A DNA stretch of 64,000 bases from Candidatus Gottesmanbacteria bacterium (GTDB taxonomy: Bacteria; Patescibacteriota; Microgenomatia; UBA10105; UBA927), in NCBI GenBank assembly GCA_030679255.1, contig JAUXTO010000022.1:128915-192914 (forward strand), read 5' to 3'. Position 1 is the stretch's first letter, and the number at the start of each line of letters is the position of its first letter. Shown here piece by piece: positions 8,205-18,679 of this stretch. The translations under genes and the position numbers were made by a program. The notes under the pieces are model-generated. The model saw nothing but the letters and a program-made list of their open reading frames with translations, ran no database searches and was not told the origin of the DNA.

Positions 8205-10760
8205 TTATTTTGAAAAGTGTATGGTGATCTCTTTCGTCTGATCAAGAGTTGTATTGTATCGGACTTCCTTGGCATTTGCAAGGAAGCCATTGTCTTTCGG
8301 TACGCTCATCGATTTTTCAGTTTTTGCCTTCCATCCTGATGGGTACCCAATGGCTACATCCACATCGGTGTCAATGACGCCGGGTTGCTTCCGCAATACA
8401 TGGACAAATACTCCCTCATTGTTCGGAAATGAAAGGACCGTTCCCATCTGGTACCGGATCGTGATAGTCCGACTGGCCATTGGGGGCACGGTGAACGCAA
8501 CCGCAACTACCTGCTGAGTATCCGCGACCGTGTCGGTGTCTCGATAGGGATAGATCCTTTTGGTAGTTTTTACCGGTTTCAGAGGAATCTCCTGACCATC
8601 TGCCGTCACGGATACGACCTGCGCGTCGGCAGGCATATACGCCCGTACATACGAAAGATATACGCCCCCTCCCATTTCTACCGCGTCGTTTGTCGATGAA
8701 TTTTCATACGTGACCGACACTGACCCATCGATGATACCCTGTTCATCGATGTCCACTCGGCTTTTCATATTCCGCTTTATATATGCATTCACCTTATTGA
8801 CTCCCATATTTGCCTCAACAATCGCTATGCGATCCACGACGCATGGATGCTCAGCGATTTGGCAGGACGGTTCTCCCATGAGCTTCCCCGTCCATCCCGC
8901 CTGTTGGGCGATACGCTGAGGCTTGGCGGCGGGAAACCAAAATTGTATATCTCCTGCCAAAAGCGCGTTGGTAATTGCGAGAAACACGCTACTTCCCTCT
9001 TCGGCCTTGGTCGAAGTAAGCCGCCCGATGAGAGCGGATCCCAGACTTCCTAAAAAATCTTTTTTTTGCGTCGACCCGGGAAAAAAATCCGCTTGTGTAT
9101 AAAAAAGAGATTTTCCAAAAAAGTTGTCTTTAGAAATCCGGTCGTTGTAATCCGGCAGCTCTATGGGGCCTGTGGCGCCAAGAAGTTCGGTCAACACCGG
9201 AGTCGATACAGCGATCACGCCGTCGACCTTTATCCCCGTTTCTTTCTCGTAAAACCATGCAGCCTTCTCCCCGCTTATTGCAAAGTCCGGATTCCAATTG
9301 CTGTCCCGGAGGTACCAGTGCTCCTGCTCCAAAAGTTCTTTTATGGGCGTAGGCGGATCGACATGTCCCTTCAGTTGTCCGTCTACCACGTAGACATCCT
9401 GAATTTGAGGCAGCTCCATGATGCCGTTCTCGATACTCACCGTGGCGAGACTTCCGATAAATCCTCCCGTAGGACGAAGCTCCATACTATTCTGAAGAAG
9501 GATGAGATATGTTTTTTTCCCGTCAAACCCTCCCCCTATCCGATACAGGGATAAAAGATTGCGCGCTTGAGATACTTGAGTGATGGCTTTCAATAGAGAG
9601 GATTGGGCACGAGGAATGATTTGTTGCCCGGAAATAAATTGCAAAGGAAACGTTTGTATAGCGCTGAGAACCTCAAGTTGTGCGCTCACTAACTGCAATA
9701 CATTCGATAAATCGTCTAAGTTCGTCCGCATCCGATCGACCGCAACGAGAAGCGGTTCTCTCCCCGGCTCGCTTTCCGCCTGAAAAAAAGTCGGCAATAA
9801 TGTAGCGCTTTCGCCCATGAGCCGGGCAGCACGTGTCTCAACGTCTCCGAGTCCCGCGGCCACACCAAGCAAGCGTTCTTGATTTCGAAAGAGGTCCACG
9901 ATTCCGACACTCCCCGCGGTGGTACTCATGAAACGAAGTGTCCGTTGACCTTGGAGAGCCCAAAAGGTCGTACTGCCTGCGGCGTTTGCAAAACCCGTTG
10001 CATTCCCATTTTTCAGCGCTTGAAACGCCCGCATCTGTGACAGTCCAACGAACCCAATGGAAGAAAAATACCAAACAAGAGGAACAATAAAAAAACTTGC
10101 GAGCAACAAGGCGACACTATATGCCAAGCGCGGGGGCACCGCGGAGAATGGTAACGGAGACCAAAGAACTCTCCGTATTTCGGGATGAACTAGCGGCTCT
10201 TCCACAAACTCACTCATGGCACGGGTAATTCTTTCCTGGTGATTGGCAACGGTATCATTGACGAGCGGATGAACGTGTTGGAGAACATGAATGGTCTCTG
10301 ATTGACGTTCGTCATCATGGGGGATGATCTTCATTCCTTCGTCAGGCGGCGGGTACCCTTCTTCATAATAGGGTCCTCCGCAGCCGGTAATAAAGTAAGC
10401 GAATATCCGCTCTACCTCACGTGTGCCAAGCGACCGAGAAAAAACGCAGGCAATTTTTACGTGAATATGTGGCGAGTCCGAAACGTACTGTTTTTTATTA
10501 CGAAGAAATATTATTGCAAAGATCTCAATATGATTTTTTGGAGAATCCGCAACGCTATCTTTCACAAAATCCTCATCCCCGATGACAATGTGATAAGTGG
10601 GGGCAATAGCCGGATTCCGGTTCACAACGACCGCGCATCCATTGAGTTCTAAGTATTCCCGTACGGGCAGAGCAAGTGTCACGTCCTGCGCCTCTATATG
10701 GGCTATCGGCAAGTCTGACGACTGCGTGTTGATACGACCTGGAGAAGGATGATTATTCAT
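8205..10760 (-). CDS. DUF4012-like membrane protein (cell-envelope associated)
   Basis: 851 aa with a TM segment near residue 210 and the motif ELRPTGGFIGS resembling the DUF4012 signature. It is adjacent to the flippase and ligase genes. Confidence 0.55.
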   Translation of the reverse strand: MNNHPSPGRINTQSSDLPIAHIEAQDVTLALPVREYLELNGCAVVVNRNPAIAPTYHIVIGDEDFVKDSVADSPKNHIEIFAIIFLRNKKQYVSDSPHIHVKIACVFSRSLGTREVERIFAYFITGCGGPYYEEGYPPPDEGMKIIPHDDERQSETIHVLQHVHPLVNDTVANHQERITRAMSEFVEEPLVHPEIRRVLWSPLPFSAVPPRLAYSVALLLASFFIVPLVWYFSSIGFVGLSQMRAFQALKNGNATGFANAAGSTTFWALQGQRTLRFMSTTAGSVGIVDLFRNQERLLGVAAGLGDVETRAARLMGESATLLPTFFQAESEPGREPLLVAVDRMRTNLDDLSNVLQLVSAQLEVLSAIQTFPLQFISGQQIIPRAQSSLLKAITQVSQARNLLSLYRIGGGFDGKKTYLILLQNSMELRPTGGFIGSLATVSIENGIMELPQIQDVYVVDGQLKGHVDPPTPIKELLEQEHWYLRDSNWNPDFAISGEKAAWFYEKETGIKVDGVIAVSTPVLTELLGATGPIELPDYNDRISKDNFFGKSLFYTQADFFPGSTQKKDFLGSLGSALIGRLTSTKAEEGSSVFLAITNALLAGDIQFWFPAAKPQRIAQQAGWTGKLMGEPSCQIAEHPCVVDRIAIVEANMGVNKVNAYIKRNMKSRVDIDEQGIIDGSVSVTYENSSTNDAVEMGGGVYLSYVRAYMPADAQVVSVTADGQEIPLKPVKTTKRIYPYRDTDTVADTQQVVAVAFTVPPMASRTITIRYQMGTVLSFPNNEGVFVHVLRKQPGVIDTDVDVAIGYPSGWKAKTEKSMSVPKDNGFLANAKEVRYNTTLDQTKEITIHFSK

Positions 10761-10861
10761 ATGCGGAGATTACTCTCATTGTATTATGGCAAATCGACTC
10801 CCCGAAAACAACGGAAATATACAAGAATTTTGAAGCTAAATAGAGGAACAACACATGAGGC

Positions 10862-11359
10862 TTAGTCGTCAAGCGCTTGATTGACGAAATAATCCGCCCG
10901 GGTATTCTGTTCCCTGGGTACATACGAATAAGTCACTACTCCCCCAACCTCTTGTTCGAGAATACGAACGTCAAAAAAAAGCTTTTTCAGATGCGGATCT
11001 TTTACCTGAAAGTTTCCATTCAGTTGCTGCACCACGAGATTTGAGTCAAGAAAAAATTGTATTTCAAAATTTCTATCTGCTTGGTCATTGGTCATTGTGA
11101 TTTGTGATTTGAGATTTCGTAGTGCTTCCAGCACCGCGGTGTATTCCGCTACATTATTCGTCGTCTCCCCTATCCTCTTCCCAAACTCTGTAACGAGGAC
11201 TTTTGACTTTCCCGCCTGCAACGCTATGCGTAGCATTGCGGGCAGGTGACTTTCGACTTTCGACTCTTCCTCTCTTTCTATCACCACCCCCACCGCCGCC
11301 GGTCCCGGGTTCCCCCTCGCTCCCCCATCAGTATGTACGATTAGTTTCATAAATTCCAA
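10862..11359 (-). CDS. rnhA: ribonuclease HI
   Basis: HTDGGARGNPGPAAVGVVI (DEDD Asp/Glu), TNNVAEYTAVLEAL and C-terminal REQNTRADYFVNQAL. Confidence 0.8.
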   Translation of the reverse strand: MEFMKLIVHTDGGARGNPGPAAVGVVIEREEESKVESHLPAMLRIALQAGKSKVLVTEFGKRIGETTNNVAEYTAVLEALRNLKSQITMTNDQADRNFEIQFFLDSNLVVQQLNGNFQVKDPHLKKLFFDVRILEQEVGGVVTYSYVPREQNTRADYFVNQALDD

Positions 11360-11417
11360 GCATCAAGCACCAAATTCCAAACAAACTAATACAAGCACTA
11401 CTGTACAAAACAATTAA

Positions 11418-12788
11418 TTATTGTTTGCCTTCCTTTGGAGCTTTGAATTTGTTTGGTGTTTGGTGCTTGTTATTTGGCGCTTGAACATTGTGCCTATCGG
11501 TATCTATGGTACGAAATAACGACCAGAGATAACCAGCGGATAGTAATAGCACCAACCCTTCACTCCCGACCGTAATCCATGCCGCTCCGATAGCCCCGAA
11601 TGTTGGAATGACCAAGATATCTAATAGTACCGTGACTATCATCAAACTTCCATAGATCACTGCTAAAACGATTTGTTTTCCAAGGGCGATAAGCGCCCAC
11701 ATCATGAGACTCGAAAGAAAAAAGAACGGCAATCCCAGGGTCAGCACGCGCAAGAGGGGAATACTCTCAGTAAACTCCGGACGGATGACAGCGAGGAGGG
11801 GAGCAGCTAACCAAAATGTGAGACATAAGACGACGGACATAAGACATAAGATGATACAGGATTTTTTCAATAGTTTCTTCGTTTCATAGGTCCTACGTCC
11901 TACGTCCTGCGTCATTTGTTTAACGAGGAGTAGGGGATACACCGCGTTCATAAAAAACGTCGGGAGCACGATGGGCAACTCAAACACTTTATACGCGAGT
12001 CCATAGAGTCCTACTTCGGCAGTGGACCGGGTCAGCGCCAGGACAAAACTGTCAATCCGAAAGTACACTTGATTAAAGAGTAACGTGATTCCCAAAGGAA
12101 GGGATGCCATAAAAAGTATTTTCGCGGTTTTTCGATCAAAGGAGATTTGAGCATGGCGTTCAAGGTGGCGAACAAATATGAACGAAACCATTCCGGTCAC
12201 ACTCAACCCAACGAGCAGTGACGTCGTCACGCCGAGGATTCCAATGCGGGATGATAATCCGTAGATAGTAAACGCAACGAGGGCCACCGTCACGATGTTG
12301 CCGGCGGCGATGGCCAAACTTGCCAAGTCATACCGCAAATGTTTCTGAAATATCGCATTTGCCGATACAATCAATCCTTGGATGAGAATAGTAGGGGAGA
12401 AGAGAATAATGCCCAAGCGGACCAGTCCTGTAAATCCTTGGGTGTCGCGTTGGGGGAGAAACGACAAGATTGCGATTGCAACAAACATGAGGACGATACC
12501 ACCCGCGACCCGCATCCCCAAGAGCGTCGCCCAATCCGCCTTCCCGTTTACTGTTTTTTGTTTATTGTTTCCTGTCTGCCTTCGCAGATACACGGCATTG
12601 AGTCCAAAATCAACGAGGAGATAAAAAAATGCGATAAACGTCGTGATCTTCGTAAAGTCCCCATACCCCTGTGCTCCAAATTCCCGAGCAATGAGGATAC
12701 TCACGAAAAACATCGCCCCACTCCCCACGACTTTTCCCACGAGCTGACTGCCGGTATTCCATGCAACATTCCATCTCATCGAAGACAT
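11418..12788 (-). CDS. polysaccharide flippase (Wzx/MOP superfamily)
   Basis: About 12-14 TM helices; N-terminal region typical of oligosaccharide flippases. Confidence 0.65.
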   Translation of the reverse strand: MSSMRWNVAWNTGSQLVGKVVGSGAMFFVSILIAREFGAQGYGDFTKITTFIAFFYLLVDFGLNAVYLRRQTGNNKQKTVNGKADWATLLGMRVAGGIVLMFVAIAILSFLPQRDTQGFTGLVRLGIILFSPTILIQGLIVSANAIFQKHLRYDLASLAIAAGNIVTVALVAFTIYGLSSRIGILGVTTSLLVGLSVTGMVSFIFVRHLERHAQISFDRKTAKILFMASLPLGITLLFNQVYFRIDSFVLALTRSTAEVGLYGLAYKVFELPIVLPTFFMNAVYPLLLVKQMTQDVGRRTYETKKLLKKSCIILCLMSVVLCLTFWLAAPLLAVIRPEFTESIPLLRVLTLGLPFFFLSSLMMWALIALGKQIVLAVIYGSLMIVTVLLDILVIPTFGAIGAAWITVGSEGLVLLLSAGYLWSLFRTIDTDRHNVQAPNNKHQTPNKFKAPKEGKQ

Positions 12789-12793
12789 ACTGG

Positions 12794-14224
12794 CTATTGT
12801 ACCTCAATTCGTCGATTTGTTACTTTGTTACTTTGTAAAACTACAATGCTCATCCCCACGAGCACCGTCAATAACAATTGACCCTGCTGGAGGGTGAGGG
12901 GATAGTGGTCGACGAGACCGAGGAGAAGGATACAAAAAAATGGGACAAAGTATATAGTATTTAGGTTAAACAATAATTCCTTTCTATTTTCCTTAATACG
13001 AAATACTAATCCCTTAATACTCTGCCAAATAAATATGACAATAAAAACAAAACCAACGACGCCGGTTTCTGCCAATACAAGAAGATAGATGTTGTGGACC
13101 GGCTGGAGAAAATAGATTGTCCGGGAGGGGAGTGCCTCCGGCAACCGCACGAGAAAATTTCCCAACCCCACACCAAAGAGGGGAGAGGCAGTCCATAATT
13201 TTATAGCTGCATTGTTCAGCTGCTGCCGGACCACAACGCTTTCCTCTTTTGGTGAAAAAGACCAAACCGCTAACACTAGAAAAAGAATAAAGGGGATAGT
13301 ATATAGTATATAGGCAAAAACTCTATTCATTTTCTTCCTAAATACTAAATACAATATACTAATCCCTATCCCAGCCCCTCCCACCACAATCGCGCTCCGG
13401 CTAAATGTCAGGAGAAGCGCAATTGCACCCAACACCAACGCCGTGGCGTGCAAGTATTTTATTCTTTGATTCATTGGACTCATCAGACTCATTGGACGCA
13501 TAAGACTCATACATAATAGCGGCAATACTGCCGCCAAAAACCCGCCCAGCACATTCGGGTGGGGGAATGTGGCATAAGGCCGGAGTCCAAAAAGTCGAAA
13601 GTCAAAAGTCGAAAGTCGAAAGTCGAAATCGTAACGCGCTATCCCCGGTGTGTCCACACCAAATGTCCTCTCACCGAGCCACCAGAGCGGCCCGCCGACG
13701 GAATGCTGGAGAAAAAATTGTGTAATGGCCAATATTGAAGAATAGAGAACGCCGACCGCTAGGGGAGTAATGACAAACGAAAGTTTTGGTTTCGTTCTTA
13801 CGATGTACAGTCCCAGTAAAATATACTCACAAACTTTTATCCATTTATACACGGCAACAGGAATATTTGTTGCAATAAAAATATTAATACCTACGAACGC
13901 CAGCACTGCCGCCAACCATACATGTTTTGTTTGAAGCTTTGGAATTTTGAACCTTGGAATTTGTTTGGGATTTGTCAGCCATAGGCTGATCAGCCTTTGG
14001 CTGAGGATTTGGGATTTGGTATTTCCTTGCGCCCCTTGAAAAAAGACTGACGCCAACCAGCATCCTGTAGTCAAAAACACAAGTAAGTCTGTCAAAAACA
14101 AGGTGGGCGCCAGGTAGTCCACCCTCCTCCCCAACACTCCCGCCCACTCCGGCCAGAAGTGCAGCCCAAGTTGGGTGGGGAGTAATGCTAAAAGAAGCCA
14201 AAAAAACTTTTGGTGCCACTTCAT
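12794..14224 (-). CDS. O-antigen ligase/polymerase-like membrane protein (Wzy_C)
   Basis: Polytopic membrane protein with a Wzy_C-like motif TFSRSAIVVGGAGIG. It contains internal tandem DNA repeats. Confidence 0.6.
   Translation of the reverse strand: MKWHQKFFWLLLALLPTQLGLHFWPEWAGVLGRRVDYLAPTLFLTDLLVFLTTGCWLASVFFQGAQGNTKSQILSQRLISLWLTNPKQIPRFKIPKLQTKHVWLAAVLAFVGINIFIATNIPVAVYKWIKVCEYILLGLYIVRTKPKLSFVITPLAVGVLYSSILAITQFFLQHSVGGPLWWLGERTFGVDTPGIARYDFDFRLSTFDFRLFGLRPYATFPHPNVLGGFLAAVLPLLCMSLMRPMSLMSPMNQRIKYLHATALVLGAIALLLTFSRSAIVVGGAGIGISILYLVFRKKMNRVFAYILYTIPFILFLVLAVWSFSPKEESVVVRQQLNNAAIKLWTASPLFGVGLGNFLVRLPEALPSRTIYFLQPVHNIYLLVLAETGVVGFVFIVIFIWQSIKGLVFRIKENRKELLFNLNTIYFVPFFCILLLGLVDHYPLTLQQGQLLLTVLVGMSIVVLQSNKVTNRRIEVQ
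13592..13626. repeat. heptanucleotide tandem repeat (AAGTCGA x5, one imperfect) inside the Wzy_C-like CDS
   Basis: Read directly from the sequence. It encodes FDFDFRLSTFDFRLF. The unit length is not a multiple of 3. Confidence 0.8.
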
Positions 14225-15006
14225 GAAGGAACGATGGGAAGATGGTGCTTAAAATTATTCTCCTTCATCCGTTTCACCACCTTGCCAACGGTGGTATGAT
14301 CATATCCCTTTGCAACCACTTCATCAATCGACTTTTTCTCGTCCACAATCATTCTTAAAATTGCATCCGCCTCTTTATAGCTAAACCCAAACTCTCCTTC
14401 ATCCGTCTGGCCTTCCCAAAGGCCTGCCGTCGGGGCTTTCGTAATGACCTGATCCGGTAATCGTAACACTCGAGCCAGCTCATACACATCTGTTTTATAT
14501 AAGTTCCGTATGGGTTCGATGTCACTTGCCTCATCGCCAAAGCGCGTAAAGTAACCAAGGAGATGTTCCGTCTTATTTTCTGTACCGACGACTAAGGCAT
14601 CGTGTTTCTTCGCGTGGTCGTAAAGAAGTATCATCCGCACCCGCGCCATCACATTGCCTCGGCGAATGTTGTCCATCAAAGGATCCAGGGCAACAATCGG
14701 ATCAACCAGCGGCTGGATATTAATAATAGATACATTATTCTTTGGAATTTCCAACGTTTGTATGACCAGCTTTGCATCCGCGACCCCCTGATCGTTGAGG
14801 ATTCCATATGGCAGGAGTAGGGGATAAACATTATATTTTCCCAACGCCCGGACTGCTAACGCACAACTCACACTCGAATCAATCCCACCGGAAAACGCAA
14901 TCACCGCCCGCAAAAAACCGGCTGTCTGAAATGATGATCGGAGAAACTGAATCAGATTTTTTGTGACACGATGAGGATTAATGGTTTTCATACTTTGATA
15001 ATTCAC
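14221..15006 (-). CDS. nadE: NH3-dependent NAD+ synthetase
   Basis: PP-loop motif AFSGGIDSSVS; about 260 aa, NadE-like throughout. Confidence 0.9.
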   Translation of the reverse strand: MNYQSMKTINPHRVTKNLIQFLRSSFQTAGFLRAVIAFSGGIDSSVSCALAVRALGKYNVYPLLLPYGILNDQGVADAKLVIQTLEIPKNNVSIINIQPLVDPIVALDPLMDNIRRGNVMARVRMILLYDHAKKHDALVVGTENKTEHLLGYFTRFGDEASDIEPIRNLYKTDVYELARVLRLPDQVITKAPTAGLWEGQTDEGEFGFSYKEADAILRMIVDEKKSIDEVVAKGYDHTTVGKVVKRMKENNFKHHLPIVPS

Positions 15007-15511
15007 TCAAATTATCAGGCAAGTGATCAATCCCACCAAACTCTTTGATAGCAATTGATTTTATTCGTCTTTTTATCTCTGGCTTTATGAAGGTTATCGT
15101 CATTTCTTTTTCTCCGCCGATACTCTCACAATCGTCTTCAATTAAAATATCCGGTGCAATCTTTTCGGCTATTTGGGCGTAACTTTCTCCTTTTTTGCGA
15201 TGATAAATTTTCCCTTTTGGGAAAGCGTATCTATCCAAAATTTCTAAATCAGCTTTCACACCTTCTTTGCCGGCTACTTCATCACCTCTCGCTTTTATAT
15301 TCTCGGTTAACGCACTGAGATAAAAAATCTCTGCGCCTTGTTCAGCCCACCTTTTTAACTTCCCTACAGCATGACCGATAGGAACATACGCATGAAAATC
15401 ACGAACGGATTCTCCCTGATCCTTTACTTGTCTGATAATTTGTTCACGGGTTTTGCCAATAGCACTTTTGTGCATCAGCAGTGTGCCTTGGAGAAACAGT
15501 AAAATCTTCAT
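14978..15511 (-). CDS. HAD-fold-like hypothetical protein with degenerate motif I
   Basis: FLQGTLL sits where HAD motif I (DxDGT) is expected, and ILIEDD resembles motif IV. It overlaps the nadE start by 29 nt. Confidence 0.3.
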   Translation of the reverse strand: MKILLFLQGTLLMHKSAIGKTREQIIRQVKDQGESVRDFHAYVPIGHAVGKLKRWAEQGAEIFYLSALTENIKARGDEVAGKEGVKADLEILDRYAFPKGKIYHRKKGESYAQIAEKIAPDILIEDDCESIGGEKEMTITFIKPEIKRRIKSIAIKEFGGIDHLPDNLSELSKYENH

Positions 15512-15731
15512 ATACAAAGCTCTATGAAAATGGAAAATGCAATTATCGAAGACTCACTCTCTGCAATAGAGAGCTTTTTAGTCGAAGCTCGGAGTCATAC
15601 GGCAGATTTTTTTTCACAAACTCTATCGCCCTTTTCTCGGCTTTATCTACTAATTTTACCAATCTATGATATTCCTTGCCTTCCTCTCGTCTGGATTTCA
15701 TATCTATATGTAGAGTAGCACGTAGTATGCG

Positions 15732-16373
15732 TTAGTCAATACGGCAATGGTACGTAGCAGTGAGAATGCGTTTTAATTCTGGCAACGCAAATGCTCCGAT
15801 TATCTGCGAGTTTGCTTGCATCGCTCTCATAATCTGTGCCACTTGATCTTTAGAAAACTGATGACTACATTTGGATACGATACGAATAATTGTATTTGTT
15901 GTTTCAAATGAGCTGCTCTCGCAAAGAGCATGAACAAGTGACTGTAAAGATTTTTTGTAGTATACAGTCTTCGGCTGGTAGTGTAGACCAATATGCGCAA
16001 CGGTAACGGCCAGCTCAAACAAATTATCCGTTGGCTCATTTCTGTATTGCAGCGCCTGATACTTATTGATAAATCCGTATGGATTTATGGTCTCAAGTTT
16101 GATTGGAATTATTTTCTTTTTCAAACACACGGCGTAACCTGTTTCCTGGTCAGTATACGAAGAATTCTTAAAACGTTCCGAAACAAGAGGGATAAAGAAG
16201 TCTGCGTTTCGTATGGCGTGAAGTATTTCTTTTTCCCAAATTTCAGACCCAAGAATGTCATCATGGGCGATAAATGTATCGTAACCGCAGTAACGAATCA
16301 ACAACTGTTTTAATCTTCCACCGATTTGCTTTTCCTCCGAGGAATAGCTGATAAACGCACGAGTTCGATCCAT
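15732..16373 (-). CDS. TIR domain protein (predicted NAD+ glycohydrolase) with unknown C-terminal domain
   Basis: Bacterial TIR signature RAFISYSSEEK..., ADFFIPLVSERF, and a conserved Glu in SSYTDQETGYAV. The C-terminal 100 aa or so has no recognisable motif. Confidence 0.8.
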   Translation of the reverse strand: MDRTRAFISYSSEEKQIGGRLKQLLIRYCGYDTFIAHDDILGSEIWEKEILHAIRNADFFIPLVSERFKNSSYTDQETGYAVCLKKKIIPIKLETINPYGFINKYQALQYRNEPTDNLFELAVTVAHIGLHYQPKTVYYKKSLQSLVHALCESSSFETTNTIIRIVSKCSHQFSKDQVAQIMRAMQANSQIIGAFALPELKRILTATYHCRID

Positions 16374-16482
16374 ATATAATTTCTTAGTCTTTCCTAAAAC
16401 TTAACAATCTTACCAGCCCAGACTCGCGTATTGGACATTTAGACCTGACCCACTTACTCCTCATTGATAGACTTCATAATGA

Positions 16483-17022
16483 TTACTTCAAAAGCTTCTT
16501 TACAGTCGTGGTTGTCGCCCCGTAGCACATTTTTAGATAGCTCAGGCCCTCCCGATGATCCTTATCGCTAAACGATTCAACACAATCCTCCAACACCACA
16601 ACCGTATAATTCTTCGCAAATGCATCGGCGCTGGTATGTCTCACACAAATATGGGTATGCTGCCCCACGAGAATCACCGTTTTGATTTCGTGTTGACGAA
16701 GCAACAAATCAAGACCGGTCTCATAAAATGCACTATAGGTGCGCTTACCAAGCACGATGTCTCCCTGTTTTGGATCGAGTTCTTTTATCACTTGAGCACC
16801 GGGACTACCGGCAAGCGCATGGGTGCCCCACACCTTTTCCTCCGGATCGCCTGGTAAATGTGCATCATTGGCATATACCACAAGCCAGTCCTTTGCCCTT
16901 GCAAACTCAAGAAGCTTGGCAATGTTGGGAATAATTCGTTTGGCCCGGTCATTTTTCAGCGCTCCATAAACGAAATCTTCAAGCATGTCTATGACAACCA
17001 CTGCATATTTATTTCTTACCAT
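16483..17022 (-). CDS. pncA: nicotinamidase (isochorismatase family)
   Basis: VVIDMLEDF (catalytic Asp), YANDAHLPGD...GTHA (metal ligands), and the Cys in GQHTHICV. Confidence 0.75.
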   Translation of the reverse strand: MVRNKYAVVVIDMLEDFVYGALKNDRAKRIIPNIAKLLEFARAKDWLVVYANDAHLPGDPEEKVWGTHALAGSPGAQVIKELDPKQGDIVLGKRTYSAFYETGLDLLLRQHEIKTVILVGQHTHICVRHTSADAFAKNYTVVVLEDCVESFSDKDHREGLSYLKMCYGATTTTVKKLLK

Positions 17023-17028
17023 AGTTTT

Positions 17029-18093
17029 TCAGCTAAAATTATTTACTTTCATGCGGCTGTTTACCTGATAACTTCTCCCAGCCTTGGCAATCCTTTTTCC
17101 ATTAACTTTGACAATGTCCGCCGTAAAATCGTTGTTCCCATGCACAAGTGCCGACCCCACGCCATATCCATCCACCGGCGTCTTTTCTTTCTCAAACATC
17201 CGTACCTTCTCCTCGGTAAATCCTCCGGACACGAGTATTTTAACATGGCCGTATCCATTGTCGTTGAGTGCTTTCCGAACGAGCATAACCAACGTCGGAT
17301 TAACCCCAAACATATTTTTTGTATTTTTACTCAATGATTTATCAACCATATTGCCCGCAGTATCCAGTCGTACGCCCCACAACTTTTTCCCAAGGGCTTT
17401 GGCCACCGCCAGCGAGGAACCCACGCAATCGTTATCAAAATCAACAAGGGCAACAATGTTCACACCACGAATATGTTTAGCAAACAATTCTGCTGCCTTC
17501 ACCGTACTACCATCATTGACTGCAATGAGTGCATGGGGGATAGTGCCGACGGGAATTCCGTTCCACCGTGATGCGTGGGCAACCGTGCACACGCCCGCCG
17601 CACCCCCGATGTGCGCCGCGTACCCATCACCTTCCTGATTATGGAAATCATCAAACCGGTCGGCAAAGAAAAACACCGGTTTGCCGTTCGCGGCTTCTAT
17701 AACGCAGCGCGTGTTGGTCGCCACCATCGTGCGCCGTGCGAGGATGCCCAAGTATAATGATTCAAGATGAGCAAAATACAAATATGAACCGGTAACGTGC
17801 ATTATCGGCTCTCGATTACCAATGGTATCGCCATCGGAAAGCGCGGATACAGTAAGTGTTTGGTTTTTTGAAACCCATCGGGCTCCCCGCCACATCCCCG
17901 CTCCTACACGAAGAAGCTCTCCTACCTCATCCACACCACATAAAACACTGTTCTCGTTTCTCTGAAATATCTGCATTGTCACAACGGTCGTATCGCCTTC
18001 CCGCTCGAGGATATATTTGGTCCGGTTGAAGTACGTGGCACTATAGAATCCGCGCCGAATCCGCTCAATAGTTAGCTTATCCCAATACGTCAT
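17029..18093 (-). CDS. pncB: nicotinate phosphoribosyltransferase (short archaeal-type)
   Basis: YFNRTKYILE N-terminal motif and NAPRTase-family core at 354 aa. Only a 6-nt gap separates it from pncA. Confidence 0.7.
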   Translation of the reverse strand: MTYWDKLTIERIRRGFYSATYFNRTKYILEREGDTTVVTMQIFQRNENSVLCGVDEVGELLRVGAGMWRGARWVSKNQTLTVSALSDGDTIGNREPIMHVTGSYLYFAHLESLYLGILARRTMVATNTRCVIEAANGKPVFFFADRFDDFHNQEGDGYAAHIGGAAGVCTVAHASRWNGIPVGTIPHALIAVNDGSTVKAAELFAKHIRGVNIVALVDFDNDCVGSSLAVAKALGKKLWGVRLDTAGNMVDKSLSKNTKNMFGVNPTLVMLVRKALNDNGYGHVKILVSGGFTEEKVRMFEKEKTPVDGYGVGSALVHGNNDFTADIVKVNGKRIAKAGRSYQVNSRMKVNNFS

Positions 18094-18449
18094 ACTTTTA
18101 TGGCAAATCCCGCATAGTCATCAGGGTTTTTCATCGAGAAAAAATGACATAACAATTGATCTATTTCTTGATTAGAAAGTTCGGAAGGTATCGCGATAAT
18201 TCCCGGCTTTCCCTTTTTGACGAGCTTCTTGAAGTCCTGATAATTGATGGTAACGACAAATCTGTCTGTTTCGATTGCTTTTTGATAGATTTCCCGATCT
18301 TCTGCTTGTGGAGACAAGCCACAATCGGCAACAGCATGGGCAAGGTTAGCCTTCTTGCTCAAACGTGGAAAGGATTGAGGTTTGGCAAAAGCTGAATCAA
18401 GCAATAATCTAAATTTTCGTTTAATTTTTGAAGTTTTATTTTTAGACAA
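18090..18449 (-). CDS. DUF5615-like (PIN-like) protein, putative toxin partner of DUF433
   Basis: A small protein immediately downstream of the DUF433 gene and overlapping it, with a 4-nt overlap onto the pncB start. Confidence 0.45.
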   Translation of the reverse strand: MSKNKTSKIKRKFRLLLDSAFAKPQSFPRLSKKANLAHAVADCGLSPQAEDREIYQKAIETDRFVVTINYQDFKKLVKKGKPGIIAIPSELSNQEIDQLLCHFFSMKNPDDYAGFAIKV

Positions 18450-18645
18450 GTTGCTGTTGATAGTAGGTAAATATCTGAAGTAAATCCTGTCTGGTTATAT
18501 CCAAATACGGATAGTCTTTTTTAAAGTCTTTTATTCCATACCCTTGAACATAAAGAGCCACAACACGAGCTACAGGAATTCTTGTTCCTGAAATTACGGG
18601 TTGTCCTCCTAATACATTGGGATTTGATTCAATAATCTTTGGCAT
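18442..18645 (-). CDS. DUF433 domain protein
   Basis: VLGGQPVISGTRIPVARV is the DUF433 signature. Confidence 0.7.
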   Translation of the reverse strand: MPKIIESNPNVLGGQPVISGTRIPVARVVALYVQGYGIKDFKKDYPYLDITRQDLLQIFTYYQQQLV

Positions 18646-18679
18646 ACTGCGCGTAGTATAAAAAGCTTTTATTTATATG

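Noticed and set aside
12339-12881. 180-aa plus-strand ORF
   Set aside because: It is antisense to the Wzx-like flippase.
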